This document shows positions 1-9,650 of a stretch of DNA of 64,000 nucleotides, one piece after another. Under the pieces are notes generated by a model. It was not told the DNA's origin and searched no databases. It was given only the letters and a program-made list of their open reading frames with translations. The position numbers were made by a program, and so were the translations under genes. This DNA comes from a virus (taxonomy: Duplodnaviria; Heunggongvirae; Uroviricota; Caudoviricetes), in the IMG/VR virus record IMGVR_UViG_3300043444_000502, positions 64,001 to 128,000 of that record; one strand, written 5' to 3'. Numbering within the stretch: position 1 is the stretch's first letter; each line of letters starts with the position of its first letter.

Positions 1-809
1 TTGATGCATTTAAAAAGTTTATTAATTATACGCTTTATAAAGAAAGAGCAGTATCTAATACTCAATTAGGTAGCGTTAGTGCATTAAATCTAAGTACACT
101 ATTATCTGGTTTAGATGGTGCTAGTAATGTATTTGCAAATCAAGATGTGGATCCTAAACAAATTCAACGTATTAAAGATATGAAATTAAATTTTTCATAT
201 GAATTATTATTAGCTGAATACTTAAGTGGTTCTACAATCCACGTTGATCAATTAAAATCAGTTGTACACTTATTTTTACGCAGATGGTTTAAAGAAATTT
301 TTACAGATAATCGTCAAATGGTATTATTAAATCTTACAAATGAAAGATTCCAAAAAACATTTGATTATACAGAAGATGATTTTAATATTAATGCAAAAAA
401 TCCATTAAGTAATATTTCTGCATTAAAATATTATGCAGATGAAACAATTTGGGATACGCCAACTGACTTATCTAGTGGAGTATATGGTATTTGCAAACTT
501 GAAGATTTATCACAAGATCAAATTAATGGATTACGTGATACTATTTTATCGGTATTCACTAATTTTGAAGGTATGTTAATTGATAATAATAACTTATCAA
601 TTATGAATTGGTTAGAATATGCTGTTGCTGATTCTATTACTAAAGAACAATTAGATCAAATTTTATCACATGTGATTAAACATCCATTTGATACATGTTT
701 AGTTCCTAGATTTGATTTCCAAAATGTTAATTTCCCATTTATTTTAGATTGTCTAAAAAAGAAAAATAATGCTCAAGGAGCTGAGTTATCAGTTTATAAG
801 TTGATTTAA
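1..809 (+). CDS. Hypothetical protein, 5'-truncated (frame is open from position 3: DAFKKFINYTL...); first gene of the rSAM cluster
   Basis: The frame of ORF 147..809 has no stop codon back to the window edge; no recognisable motif. Confidence 0.75.
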   Translation, partial: DAFKKFINYTLYKERAVSNTQLGSVSALNLSTLLSGLDGASNVFANQDVDPKQIQRIKDMKLNFSYELLLAEYLSGSTIHVDQLKSVVHLFLRRWFKEIFTDNRQMVLLNLTNERFQKTFDYTEDDFNINAKNPLSNISALKYYADETIWDTPTDLSSGVYGICKLEDLSQDQINGLRDTILSVFTNFEGMLIDNNNLSIMNWLEYAVADSITKEQLDQILSHVIKHPFDTCLVPRFDFQNVNFPFILDCLKKKNNAQGAELSVYKLI

Positions 810-810
810 A

Positions 811-1881
811 ATGCGTGATTTTATTATTGAAAAGAAACGTGATCCTGAACAAGAATATACGCTTCATTTATTTGAACATTGCAATCTAAGATGTTCATTT
901 TGCTGGCAAGACCATGAAAATAAAGCAGGGTTGGATACAGTAATTGATAAATTAGATCCTATTGAACTATTCCTTAAAACGGAACAGCGCCACTCTGTAG
1001 TATTCAATGCTATGGGTGGCGAAGTTTTTTCCGATGAAATATTTGATGAAAAACTTTTGCAATCATATAAAGATTTATCATGGGGCATTAAAGAGTTAGG
1101 AAAAAAATATAATAAACTCGTTAAAATTAATTGGGTTACAAACTTAGTAACTCATAAAATTGATTATATTGAAGATTTACTAAATTATTCAAAAACTATT
1201 GGTTTAGAAGCACAATTAGTTACATCATATGATCCGCGCGGAAGATTTAATATAAATCAGTTCGAAGTTTTTAAAAAGAATATGGAATATTTTGGCAAAA
1301 GAATCACATGCATTAGTATGTTATTAAATGCACCAAATATTGAATACATCTTAAAAGATAAAGATTATTATTTCAAAAAGCTTTATAATGAAGGTTATTA
1401 CATATATTTTGATTATTATATGCCAGATGAATCAGCTGAATTTCAAGCTCCATCTGACATTCAATTAAAAAATGTTTTTAAACATTTAATAGATAATTAT
1501 CCTAATGTTCATCCAATATCTGACTGGATTAACAATGATAAAAATTATATTTCATGCAGAACTAGTAAATTGGTTTTAGCTGATGGAACAATCTGTAATT
1601 GCGGTAATTTAGTACAAGACGAAAAAGTTATTAAATTTTATTCATCTAAAATAGAAAAGATGGATAATTCAACCATTGAAAATAATTTTTTACAAAAATA
1701 TAATTGTGCTTCATGTGAATATTTGGATAGATGTACATTAAGTTGTTTTATGCAACATGATTATAAATTTAGGGAAGAACTTGATGAGTGTGTCTACAAA
1801 CTTACGCACAGATATATCGATGATGTTAGATTACAGCGAAAAGCCAACACCTCTATCGATAGTCCCTCCAAATCATATTGA
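811..1881 (+). CDS. Radical SAM protein with SPASM-like C-terminal Cys cluster
   Basis: CxxxCxxC (HCNLRCSFC), GGE motif, C-terminal CNCG...CASCEYLDRCTLSC. Confidence 0.9.
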   Translation: MRDFIIEKKRDPEQEYTLHLFEHCNLRCSFCWQDHENKAGLDTVIDKLDPIELFLKTEQRHSVVFNAMGGEVFSDEIFDEKLLQSYKDLSWGIKELGKKYNKLVKINWVTNLVTHKIDYIEDLLNYSKTIGLEAQLVTSYDPRGRFNINQFEVFKKNMEYFGKRITCISMLLNAPNIEYILKDKDYYFKKLYNEGYYIYFDYYMPDESAEFQAPSDIQLKNVFKHLIDNYPNVHPISDWINNDKNYISCRTSKLVLADGTICNCGNLVQDEKVIKFYSSKIEKMDNSTIENNFLQKYNCASCEYLDRCTLSCFMQHDYKFREELDECVYKLTHRYIDDVRLQRKANTSIDSPSKSY

Positions 1882-2383
1882 AGTATCTTTAGATACTGTA
1901 CCAACAAATTATCCGTATTTACCTAGGATTTGTTCTAGACAAGGATATGTTTTTATGTGGCATACAAATAAAAATGAATATCCAAATTTGTATCAAGTAT
2001 CCCAAAATTGTAAAACTGAATCTCAGTGGTTTACTACTAAAGACCAAAATGGCATCGAATTAGCATTAGCACTTATTCATGAATATGACAATGAAGTAAT
2101 TATTGGATGTGTAAAAACAGCAGGTTATTTAAAAAATGAACCTAAAGAGTTTGTACATACACTTATAAAAAATGTATGGAAAGACATAATTAAAACGTTT
2201 GGACATAAAAAAATTATATGTCCAAGTAGTTCATATCTAGAATACATACATTTATTTTTAAATCAAAAGAGAATTCCACATACTCCATATTGTAAAAAAT
2301 ATATGACTAAAAATAAATTCTATAGAATTGAAAACTATTGGATTAGAGATGGACTTAATAATAAAACCGACAGAAAAGTGTAA
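1784..2383 (+). CDS. Hypothetical protein in rSAM cluster (start 1784 or 1820)
   Basis: ORF track 1757..2383; in-frame ATGs at 1784 and 1820; overlaps both flanking rSAM genes. Confidence 0.7.
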   Translation: MSVSTNLRTDISMMLDYSEKPTPLSIVPPNHIEVSLDTVPTNYPYLPRICSRQGYVFMWHTNKNEYPNLYQVSQNCKTESQWFTTKDQNGIELALALIHEYDNEVIIGCVKTAGYLKNEPKEFVHTLIKNVWKDIIKTFGHKKIICPSSSYLEYIHLFLNQKRIPHTPYCKKYMTKNKFYRIENYWIRDGLNNKTDRKV

Positions 2384-3374
2384 TTTTAAATGCACGTTTT
2401 GTTCTTCTACACATATTACTGATGATAAAAGTGTAGAACTTGATCATGCAAAAATCTTTCAGTTCTTAGAAAGATATCCCAATACAAATACTATTATTGT
2501 TAATGGAGGAGATCCATTAATGATGCCTCCAGAATATTATCAAGAAATACTAGATTGGTTAGATGAACGAAATTATAAAACTACCATAAGTTTTACAACA
2601 AATCTTTGGCCGTTTTATAAGAATCCTACAAAGTGGTCAAATATATTTTCACATAAAAGAGTTGGAGTGACTACATCATTTCAATATGGTGGAGGTCGTC
2701 TTAAAGGAGATTTAACAGAATTTAGTGAAGAAGATTTTTGGAATGTTTCGAATTTATTTGTAACATATTTTGCTTATAGACCTAACTTTATCTCAGTTAT
2801 TACAGAAGAAAATGAACATCTTGCAATTAAAAACGTTGAACTTGCAAAAAAGATGAACACAGAATGTAAATTAAATTATGCGATGTCTTCAGGACCTCCT
2901 GTAAAATTTAAAGGTATTATTATGGGTCAAGAAGGTAAACCATATCTTCTTGCAAAGATCTATGAAATTTATGTTGAAATTTGGAAACGCGGATTAGCTC
3001 CTTGGGAGTTTAATACTAAACAAATGATGCAACGATTAAAGGGTCATGCAACATGTTGTCCACAAAATCGTGATTGTGATTCTGGTATCAGAGTTCTTCA
3101 ACCATCTGGAGATTATTATTCATGCGGTGCATTTGGAGATGATAGGCAATATCCAATTAATTTCTACAAAGAAATGAATGGAGAATTTATTCAACCATTA
3201 AAGCATCAGTTTGAATTACAAACAATGACTCCTAATTGTTACGGTTGTTCTATGTTCGATATATGTAATGGTTGTAAAAAAACAATCAAAGATCACAAAG
3301 ATTACAATTTAACAGAAATACATTGCAAAAAAATGAAATCATTAGCTCAGGATATAATTTATGCTAATAACTGA
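2349..3374 (+). CDS. Radical SAM/SPASM protein (anaerobic sulfatase maturase-like architecture)
   Basis: MDLIIKPTEKCNFKCTFC, NGGDPL, SPASM-like CCPQNRDC...YSC...CYGCSMFDICNGC...HC; ATG at 2349. Confidence 0.92.
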   Translation: MDLIIKPTEKCNFKCTFCSSTHITDDKSVELDHAKIFQFLERYPNTNTIIVNGGDPLMMPPEYYQEILDWLDERNYKTTISFTTNLWPFYKNPTKWSNIFSHKRVGVTTSFQYGGGRLKGDLTEFSEEDFWNVSNLFVTYFAYRPNFISVITEENEHLAIKNVELAKKMNTECKLNYAMSSGPPVKFKGIIMGQEGKPYLLAKIYEIYVEIWKRGLAPWEFNTKQMMQRLKGHATCCPQNRDCDSGIRVLQPSGDYYSCGAFGDDRQYPINFYKEMNGEFIQPLKHQFELQTMTPNCYGCSMFDICNGCKKTIKDHKDYNLTEIHCKKMKSLAQDIIYANN

Positions 3375-3900
3375 TATACACAATGAGTTTTTTAATAATG
3401 GTTTTTGCAAATTTAATGATCCAGAAGTATTTAAATTTTTACATGACATAGATTCTTGGGAATGGAAAAACTGGAAAGATCAAGGATTACAATTAATTAA
3501 ACGCAATCATACTATTGAATCTGCCATAATACAAACACAAAAATATATTGGTGAAAAATATATTTGTAAATTGGATGAAAATTATGTTTTGGGTGACGAG
3601 TGCGAAATAGTTAATGGAATGGATGATGCAACATTAACGTGGCATAATGACAATATTGAAGGTTATAATTTGTGTGTTTTATTATATTTTGATTCTATGG
3701 ATGAAGATATCGGTGGCATGACTCGTTTTAGAGATATTAACACTAAAAAATTGACTGGAGAATTTTATCCACAGCAATATGATGTTTCTTTTATGAATCA
3801 TTGTTTAAGATTTCAACACGTTGTAACTCCATTAATTTTAGATATGCCAAGAAGAGTTGCGTTATTTAATTATAAAATAAATGAGATTTTGACAGGATGA
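3361..3900 (+). CDS. 2OG-Fe(II) oxygenase
   Basis: HxD (WHND), GG strand motif, distal His (FQHVV) and Arg (RRVALF). Confidence 0.8.
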   Translation: MLITDIHNEFFNNGFCKFNDPEVFKFLHDIDSWEWKNWKDQGLQLIKRNHTIESAIIQTQKYIGEKYICKLDENYVLGDECEIVNGMDDATLTWHNDNIEGYNLCVLLYFDSMDEDIGGMTRFRDINTKKLTGEFYPQQYDVSFMNHCLRFQHVVTPLILDMPRRVALFNYKINEILTG

Positions 3901-4829
3901 TACTTTCAATCAATCCATGGTATTATTGTAATTTCAGATGTGAATTTTGTTATCTTACAGAAAAACAATTATCTGATAAAAAGCTTTTATCGCTTGACAA
4001 ATTAGCGAATATATTAGGCGAAATTGTTGCGCATAAACAAATTGATATGGTTGATTTATATGGCGGAGAATTGGGATTATTACCAAAGGAATATTGGAAT
4101 GATTTGATACAATTATTGCATAATTATGGAATATATGATATTAATTTAATTACTAATTTATCAATGATTAATGATATTACTATAGATGAACGAGTTTATA
4201 CATCAGTTAGTTATGATTTTAAAGCTCGTGAAGATTTTTTCAGAGTGTGGAAAAATATGGCTTTAATGAATAAACCATTTTCTATATTAATGTTAGCATC
4301 TCCAGGATTAATTAGCGAAAGCATTGACGATATAGTTTCAATGTTTAATTCTTTAAAAAATCTTGAATCTGTTGAAATTAAACCATACAGCAAAAATCAA
4401 GCCAATCAGTTTTCTATCAAAGATGATATTTACGAAGAATATGTCAAAAAATGGATATTACATAAAGATCGTAAATTTAAATTGGTTAATGAATCTCTCC
4501 TGGAATCTGTAGTAAATAGATCTAGGAATAGTTTTTCTGATGATCATGTTTATATTACACCCAATGGAAAATATGGCGTATTAGAATTTGATTTGAATGA
4601 TAATGAATATTTTTTAGAATATGATACTTTAGACGAATATTTTGCTTGGTGTGAAACTGAAAAAAAGAGAGTTTCTAAAAATAAATTCTGTAGTAGTTGC
4701 AAGTATTTTGGAAGGTGTTTATCAGAACATCTTAGAGATGTTAAAAGTTTAGATAATAGTTGTAATGGATATTATAAATTAATTGATTGGTATGAAAGAC
4801 TGGAAAATAAAACAAGAAATATATCATAG
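3897..4829 (+). CDS. Radical SAM protein with C-terminal Cys cluster
   Basis: YCNFRCEFC, YGGE, ITPNG, CSSCKYFGRC...CNG. Confidence 0.9.
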   Translation: MILSINPWYYCNFRCEFCYLTEKQLSDKKLLSLDKLANILGEIVAHKQIDMVDLYGGELGLLPKEYWNDLIQLLHNYGIYDINLITNLSMINDITIDERVYTSVSYDFKAREDFFRVWKNMALMNKPFSILMLASPGLISESIDDIVSMFNSLKNLESVEIKPYSKNQANQFSIKDDIYEEYVKKWILHKDRKFKLVNESLLESVVNRSRNSFSDDHVYITPNGKYGVLEFDLNDNEYFLEYDTLDEYFAWCETEKKRVSKNKFCSSCKYFGRCLSEHLRDVKSLDNSCNGYYKLIDWYERLENKTRNIS

Positions 4830-5190
4830 GTTGAATATTCAACATGATGATGATTTAAGTACTAAAGATATTCAAATTAGTACTAATATTATTGAAGATG
4901 CTATTAAATATTTTAATGAACGAGATCTTGGTTGGTTATATCCAGCTAAAAGTTATATGGTAGCTATATGTTATGCTAAATGGATAGCTAAAGAATTTAA
5001 TGAAAATAGAATGGATCTTTTAAATGATCCAGATTTATTACATGGTAATGATCCATATTTTGTGCCATATACACAAGATCCAGATACATATATCGGAATT
5101 TTTCAAAAGATTAATAGTTGGGATTTTGACGAATCTGCCGGAATGGTGCCAGATGTTAGATCATATTTCGAAAAAGAATTTATGTTATGA
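4792..5190 (+). CDS. Hypothetical protein in rSAM cluster
   Basis: ORF with ATG at 4792 overlapping the end of rSAM3; ATGA overlap with the next gene. Confidence 0.75.
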   Translation: MKDWKIKQEIYHRLNIQHDDDLSTKDIQISTNIIEDAIKYFNERDLGWLYPAKSYMVAICYAKWIAKEFNENRMDLLNDPDLLHGNDPYFVPYTQDPDTYIGIFQKINSWDFDESAGMVPDVRSYFEKEFML

Positions 5191-5699
5191 AGTTATATGA
5201 TCTGTGGCCAACTCGTGTAGTTAATGTAGATGTTCCATTGGACCTATGCACCAAAATTTATTCACAACATATCAATGTTCAATCTAAAGATTATGAAGAA
5301 GTCCTAGATGATAATGATAAAAGAACGTTGTTAGAATATGTGAATCGTTATTACCTGGCGGAATATGATATATGTGATGGTTGGATTAGAACTCTAACAT
5401 CTAAAGGTCATAATAATTTCGAATTGCACTGTGATAGTCATTATGGCAATCAATTGGTTGGTGTACTTCAATTGTTTGGTGATGAGGATAGAGGCGGAGA
5501 TATTAAATTATATGATCCAGCTTGGAGAAATCCTCAATGGATGTCAGATACTAAAAACAAGAATAGTAACACATTTGTAGTACCATTTAAAGCAGGTCAG
5601 TTTATTATATTCCCAGCTAATGTTTGGCATAGTGTTGAAACTTATTATGGTGAATCAAATAGAGTCACTTTAAATTTAATGTTTAGAAGAATAACATGA
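5187..5699 (+). CDS. 2OG-Fe(II) oxygenase-like protein
   Basis: HCD, GGDIKLYDP, IFPANVWHSV, RVTLN. Confidence 0.8.
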   Translation: MKLYDLWPTRVVNVDVPLDLCTKIYSQHINVQSKDYEEVLDDNDKRTLLEYVNRYYLAEYDICDGWIRTLTSKGHNNFELHCDSHYGNQLVGVLQLFGDEDRGGDIKLYDPAWRNPQWMSDTKNKNSNTFVVPFKAGQFIIFPANVWHSVETYYGESNRVTLNLMFRRIT

Positions 5700-6268
5700 T
5701 AAAACAACTTTGGCCAACATATTTCATGCAAGACACTATGGAAACTAGTATTATGCATGAAATGATATATTATCTAACTGTAGAATGTGACTTCAATAAA
5801 CCTCCATCTGATTTTGGATTAGAGAATATATTAGATAGTAAACATCCATCAGTATTAAAGTTCAAACAACAAGTTATTATTCCATCATTTAATAAGTATT
5901 TAAAAAATACCATCAATAAACAAATTGATGATTGGGCTGGATATAAAATGAAAGGTTGGTTAGCAGGAACTGGAAATGATTATAGTTTAAATTACCATAA
6001 TCATAGGGGAGCTCAAATTTCTGCAGTTTTTTATTTGTTATGTGAAGATCATAATAAAGGAGGTAATATTGCTTTTACTGATCCTAGACAAAACGCCAAT
6101 AGAGGATATGATGAAAACTTTACTCCATGGTTTAATGATGAAATTTTAAAGGTAAAATCTGGTGACATCGTAGTATTTCCAAGTTTTTTATATCATTTTG
6201 TCAGCACATATCGAGGATCTATGCGGTTGGCAATGCCTGTAGATTTATTTTTACATACTAACTCCTAG
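5696..6268 (+). CDS. 2OG-Fe(II) oxygenase-like protein
   Basis: HNH, SAVFYL, GGNIAFTDPR, VFPSFLYHFV. Confidence 0.82.
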   Translation: MIKQLWPTYFMQDTMETSIMHEMIYYLTVECDFNKPPSDFGLENILDSKHPSVLKFKQQVIIPSFNKYLKNTINKQIDDWAGYKMKGWLAGTGNDYSLNYHNHRGAQISAVFYLLCEDHNKGGNIAFTDPRQNANRGYDENFTPWFNDEILKVKSGDIVVFPSFLYHFVSTYRGSMRLAMPVDLFLHTNS

Positions 6269-6280
6269 CAATAAAAAATA

Positions 6281-6288
6281 TATAAATA
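6281..6288 (+). promoter_or_regulatory. T4-type late promoter TATAAATA
   Basis: Exact TATAAATA 37 nt upstream of the first structural gene; a gp55 gene is present in the window. Confidence 0.85.
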
Positions 6289-6324
6289 AAGCCAGAATAA
6301 CTCTATTTTTGGATTCACACACAA

Positions 6325-6657
6325 ATGGCTCAATTAGTTAACTTAGTTGTTGATCAAGGATCAGACTTTGTAGCCACCCTAGACGTTGAAGATTCTATTG
6401 GTACACCTATTGATCTTCAACCATATAATGTTAGAGGACAAATTAGAAAGACATACCAATCTTTAAATAAGGTTGAGTTTGGATGCACTAAAACAACTAA
6501 CCAGGGTGAAGTTAAACTATCTCTCACCGCAGCGCAAACTGCAGTTATGAAAGATGGTCGTTACGTTTATGATATTGAAATCGTCCACGCTACTGCAGGA
6601 ACAGTGATTCGTGTAGTAGAAGGCCAAATAACAGTAACACCAAGAGTATCGAGGTAA
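6325..6657 (+). CDS. Small virion structural protein (baseplate/fibre-associated, beta-rich)
   Basis: NLVVDQGSDF...GRYVYDIEI...RVVEGQITVTPRVSR pattern typical of T4-like structural ORFs; follows a late promoter. Confidence 0.6.
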   Translation: MAQLVNLVVDQGSDFVATLDVEDSIGTPIDLQPYNVRGQIRKTYQSLNKVEFGCTKTTNQGEVKLSLTAAQTAVMKDGRYVYDIEIVHATAGTVIRVVEGQITVTPRVSR

Positions 6658-6660
6658 TAA

Positions 6661-6888
6661 ATGTCTACAGCGTTAAGATCCAAGATTAGATTAGATACAC
6701 CAGTAACAGTGCGTACGTTCGCATTGGGTATTACATCGCTTAACTTATTAGACCTTAATGATGTTGACGCTACCGAATTAGAAGACGGTGCCATGATGAT
6801 TTATGATAGTGAAACACAAAAATTTAAGCTTACAGCTTCGTTGGACCATCCAAGAGCAAAGACAAAAATCATCGGAGGAAAGTACTAA
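6661..6888 (+). CDS. Small putative structural protein
   Basis: LLDLNDVDATELEDGAMMIYD fibre-type motif, ends IIGGKY; lies in the late operon. Confidence 0.55.
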   Translation: MSTALRSKIRLDTPVTVRTFALGITSLNLLDLNDVDATELEDGAMMIYDSETQKFKLTASLDHPRAKTKIIGGKY

Positions 6889-6891
6889 ACC

Positions 6892-8277
6892 ATGGCAACG
6901 ATTATTAAAATTAAAAATTCCGGTACAAGCGGTAACCCTAGTTCCCTTGCAACCGGTGAATTAGCGTATTCATACTTACAACAATTACCTATTGAAGGTC
7001 TAGTTGCCGCAAACGGTGGTGATCGTCTATACATTGGTACAGGTACAGAAGTTGCCGGTGAAGCTACTGATATTGTGGTTATTGGTGGTAAGTATTTTAC
7101 TGATATGTTGGATCACCAAAATGGTATCCTAAATCCAAGTTCTGCAATCGTCACAGATAGCTATTCTAAAATTAATGAAATCTTTATTGATAATATCGCT
7201 ATCGACGGTAATACAATTAACGTTACTCAAACTAACGGAGATTTACACTTAGCTGCTAACGGTACTGGTAAAGTTAAAATTGATTCTGACATTGATTTAT
7301 CAATCATTAACGTAGATACAGTATCATCATCACGCACAGATGGTAAAATTTTTATTGTACCAACTGGAACAGGATATGTTCAAATCTCTGGTCAAAACGC
7401 TCTACGCGTTCCAGTAGGTAATACAGCAACACGTGATGCTGCTCCTCTTGCTGGTATGTTCCGTTTCAACACAACAACAAACGTGTTTGAAGGTTATGAT
7501 GGTATTGCTTGGAACGCGATTGGTTCACGTCTACAAGATATTGACGGTAATACATACGTTTCTCCAGAAAATTCACCTGGTTCAAACAATAACCAATTGC
7601 GTATGTTTACAGACGGTCTAGAAAGATTACGTGTAGATAATGATGGCGGTTCAAAGTTTTCTACTGATTTGACTGCAGCAAGTCCAATCGGTACACGCAT
7701 CTATAATAACAGAATTGAATCATTTGGTTCTGATATTCTTTACCTTGATCCATCAACTGGAGCAGAAAATACTGGTTCTGTTGTTATTGAAGGTAACTTA
7801 ACAATCAAAGGTACTACAACAACAGTATCTTCTTCATCAATGCAATCTAATAATCCAACATTCATTTTGGGTTATATTTCAGATGCTGATGGTTCTGAAA
7901 CACCTTTAACAGCTCCTGATGGTCTTGATAAAGGTATGGAATTTAGATGGCATAATGGCAGTGCACAAAAATCTGGTTTCTTCGGTTATGATTCATCTGC
8001 ACGTCGTTTAACATTTATTGAAGATGCTACTAACTCAAATGATACATTTGCTGGTACCGCTTCTGATGTTCGCTTTGGCAATGCTTTATTAACAAGCTTA
8101 TCATTCTCATCATTTGCAGCAAATTCAGTACCATTCGTTGATGTTAACGGAGATGCATTATTCGCAGCCGGTGATTTCGTATCTGCATATAACACAGGCG
8201 ATGTAACTGGTCAAGTTTTACAAATGAGCGCATCAGGTGTTCCAACATTTGGTCATATTGATTGCGGTACATATTAA
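6892..8277 (+). CDS. Tail fibre/virion structural protein with Mtd-N-like N-terminus
   Basis: MATIIKIKNSGTSGNPSSLATGELAYSY; GMFRFNTTTNVFEGYDG fibre motif; ends IDCGTY. Confidence 0.7.
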   Translation: MATIIKIKNSGTSGNPSSLATGELAYSYLQQLPIEGLVAANGGDRLYIGTGTEVAGEATDIVVIGGKYFTDMLDHQNGILNPSSAIVTDSYSKINEIFIDNIAIDGNTINVTQTNGDLHLAANGTGKVKIDSDIDLSIINVDTVSSSRTDGKIFIVPTGTGYVQISGQNALRVPVGNTATRDAAPLAGMFRFNTTTNVFEGYDGIAWNAIGSRLQDIDGNTYVSPENSPGSNNNQLRMFTDGLERLRVDNDGGSKFSTDLTAASPIGTRIYNNRIESFGSDILYLDPSTGAENTGSVVIEGNLTIKGTTTTVSSSSMQSNNPTFILGYISDADGSETPLTAPDGLDKGMEFRWHNGSAQKSGFFGYDSSARRLTFIEDATNSNDTFAGTASDVRFGNALLTSLSFSSFAANSVPFVDVNGDALFAAGDFVSAYNTGDVTGQVLQMSASGVPTFGHIDCGTY

Positions 8278-8294
8278 TTTAAATAGGATATATT

Positions 8295-8504
8295 ATGTCA
8301 ATTGAAGCTTCACAAGAATTTGTTAATAAGTTTGTTGAACGTCAGCAAAGAGCAATTGCAGATCTAATGAATAAAGTAGTTTTATTAGAAACACAACTTG
8401 CGATGGCTGCCGATAAAATTGTAGCTTTAGAAAAACTTGTACCAGAAGAAGAAAAAAAATCTGATGGCTTCGAGTCATCAGATATTAAAAAAGATAACGA
8501 GTAA
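8295..8504 (+). CDS. Small coiled-coil protein (possible fibre chaperone)
   Basis: 69-aa ORF with heptad-like pattern; GGA RBS upstream. Confidence 0.6.
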   Translation: MSIEASQEFVNKFVERQQRAIADLMNKVVLLETQLAMAADKIVALEKLVPEEEKKSDGFESSDIKKDNE

Positions 8505-8983
8505 TGTCTAACGGAACTATTATCACATTAAAGAAGAGTACTACTGCAGGCACAGTTCCTGCAGCTTCTTCTTTATATCAAGCTGAATTAGCAATTAATA
8601 CTGCTGATGCAAATCTATTTGCAAAGCGTGATGATGGTACAGTTTTAATTCAATCTATTGGTTCTGTCCAAGCTAATCATGCAGAATTATTAGATACAAC
8701 TACTGATCAACTGCTTGACTCAATGGACGCAAGCGTGTATAGATCAGCAAAATATGTAATTCAATCGAATCATGCTTCTGAAGGATTTCAAACTATTGAA
8801 ATATTATTAATGCATGATGGTGCAAATGCTTATATTACTAGATATGGTTTGATGTATACTGAAAACGAATTAGCATTATTTACGGCATCCTTTGATTCTA
8901 TAAATAACACATTAAATCTATTAACTACTCCACAATTTAATAACGTTTCATATAAGTGGACACGAACAGTAGTGCAGGCATAA
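8504..8983 (+). CDS. Virion structural protein (Mtd-N-like N-terminus plus beta domain)
   Basis: IITLKKSTTAGTVP...ELAINTAD; RSAKYVIQ...EILLMHDG...YG. Confidence 0.6.
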   Translation: MSNGTIITLKKSTTAGTVPAASSLYQAELAINTADANLFAKRDDGTVLIQSIGSVQANHAELLDTTTDQLLDSMDASVYRSAKYVIQSNHASEGFQTIEILLMHDGANAYITRYGLMYTENELALFTASFDSINNTLNLLTTPQFNNVSYKWTRTVVQA

Positions 8984-8984
8984 G

Positions 8985-8992
8985 TATAAATA
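8985..8992 (+). promoter_or_regulatory. T4-type late promoter TATAAATA
   Basis: Exact consensus directly upstream of ORF 8999. Confidence 0.8.
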
Positions 8993-8998
8993 TAATCT

Positions 8999-9289
8999 AT
9001 GGCAACTATTAATAAACCTCTAAGAATTAAAGACGACTTGATTATCGATCAAGCACCAGGTCGTCAAATGGTTATTCCAGTTGGTACAGATAGCGATCGT
9101 CCTGGTGCATTAGGCATGCCTTGGGAAGTAGAAGGTCCTACTACAGGAACTATGCGTTTAAATCAAGATAGAGGCGTTGTTGAAATTTACAATGGATCTG
9201 GTTGGCAATCAGTTGCTCAAGCTGGTGATGCTGTTAACGCTTCAGGTGCTGAAGAGATTGCGCTTGTACAAGCGATTATTTTTGGATAA
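8999..9289 (+). CDS. Putative structural protein
   Basis: GTMRLNQDRGVVEIYNGSGW fibre motif; ends AIIFG. Confidence 0.6.
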   Translation: MATINKPLRIKDDLIIDQAPGRQMVIPVGTDSDRPGALGMPWEVEGPTTGTMRLNQDRGVVEIYNGSGWQSVAQAGDAVNASGAEEIALVQAIIFG

Positions 9290-9296
9290 TAAATAA

Positions 9297-9638
9297 ATGG
9301 CATCAGTTAGTAATATCACAAATAAAGTATATCCAGAAGTTGGTAGAACTCCAGTTACACTAGTAACAACTGCTTTTAATCAAAAGGCTGCAGTTGTCGG
9401 TTTAAATCTGTGTAACGTCGCTGACACTGGTGTTTATGTTTCCGTCACTGTAACAGATGATGCAGGAAACGAAGGTTATTATATTAAAGATATCCTTATT
9501 GCTCCTAATAGTAGCTTGAAGGTTGTCAATGGTGGCGAGAAATTACTTCTTGCACCAAATAATACAATTAAAATCGTATCAAGCTGGGATGCTGGTATTG
9601 ATGCGCTTTTAAGTGTAGTTGTAATTACTTACACATAA
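9297..9638 (+). CDS. Putative structural protein
   Basis: Beta-rich 113 aa (GLNLCN...YYIKDILIAPNSSL...KLLL) resembling small phage virion ORFs; late operon. Confidence 0.55.
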   Translation: MASVSNITNKVYPEVGRTPVTLVTTAFNQKAAVVGLNLCNVADTGVYVSVTVTDDAGNEGYYIKDILIAPNSSLKVVNGGEKLLLAPNNTIKIVSSWDAGIDALLSVVVITYT

Positions 9639-9650
9639 TAGAGGATTTAA

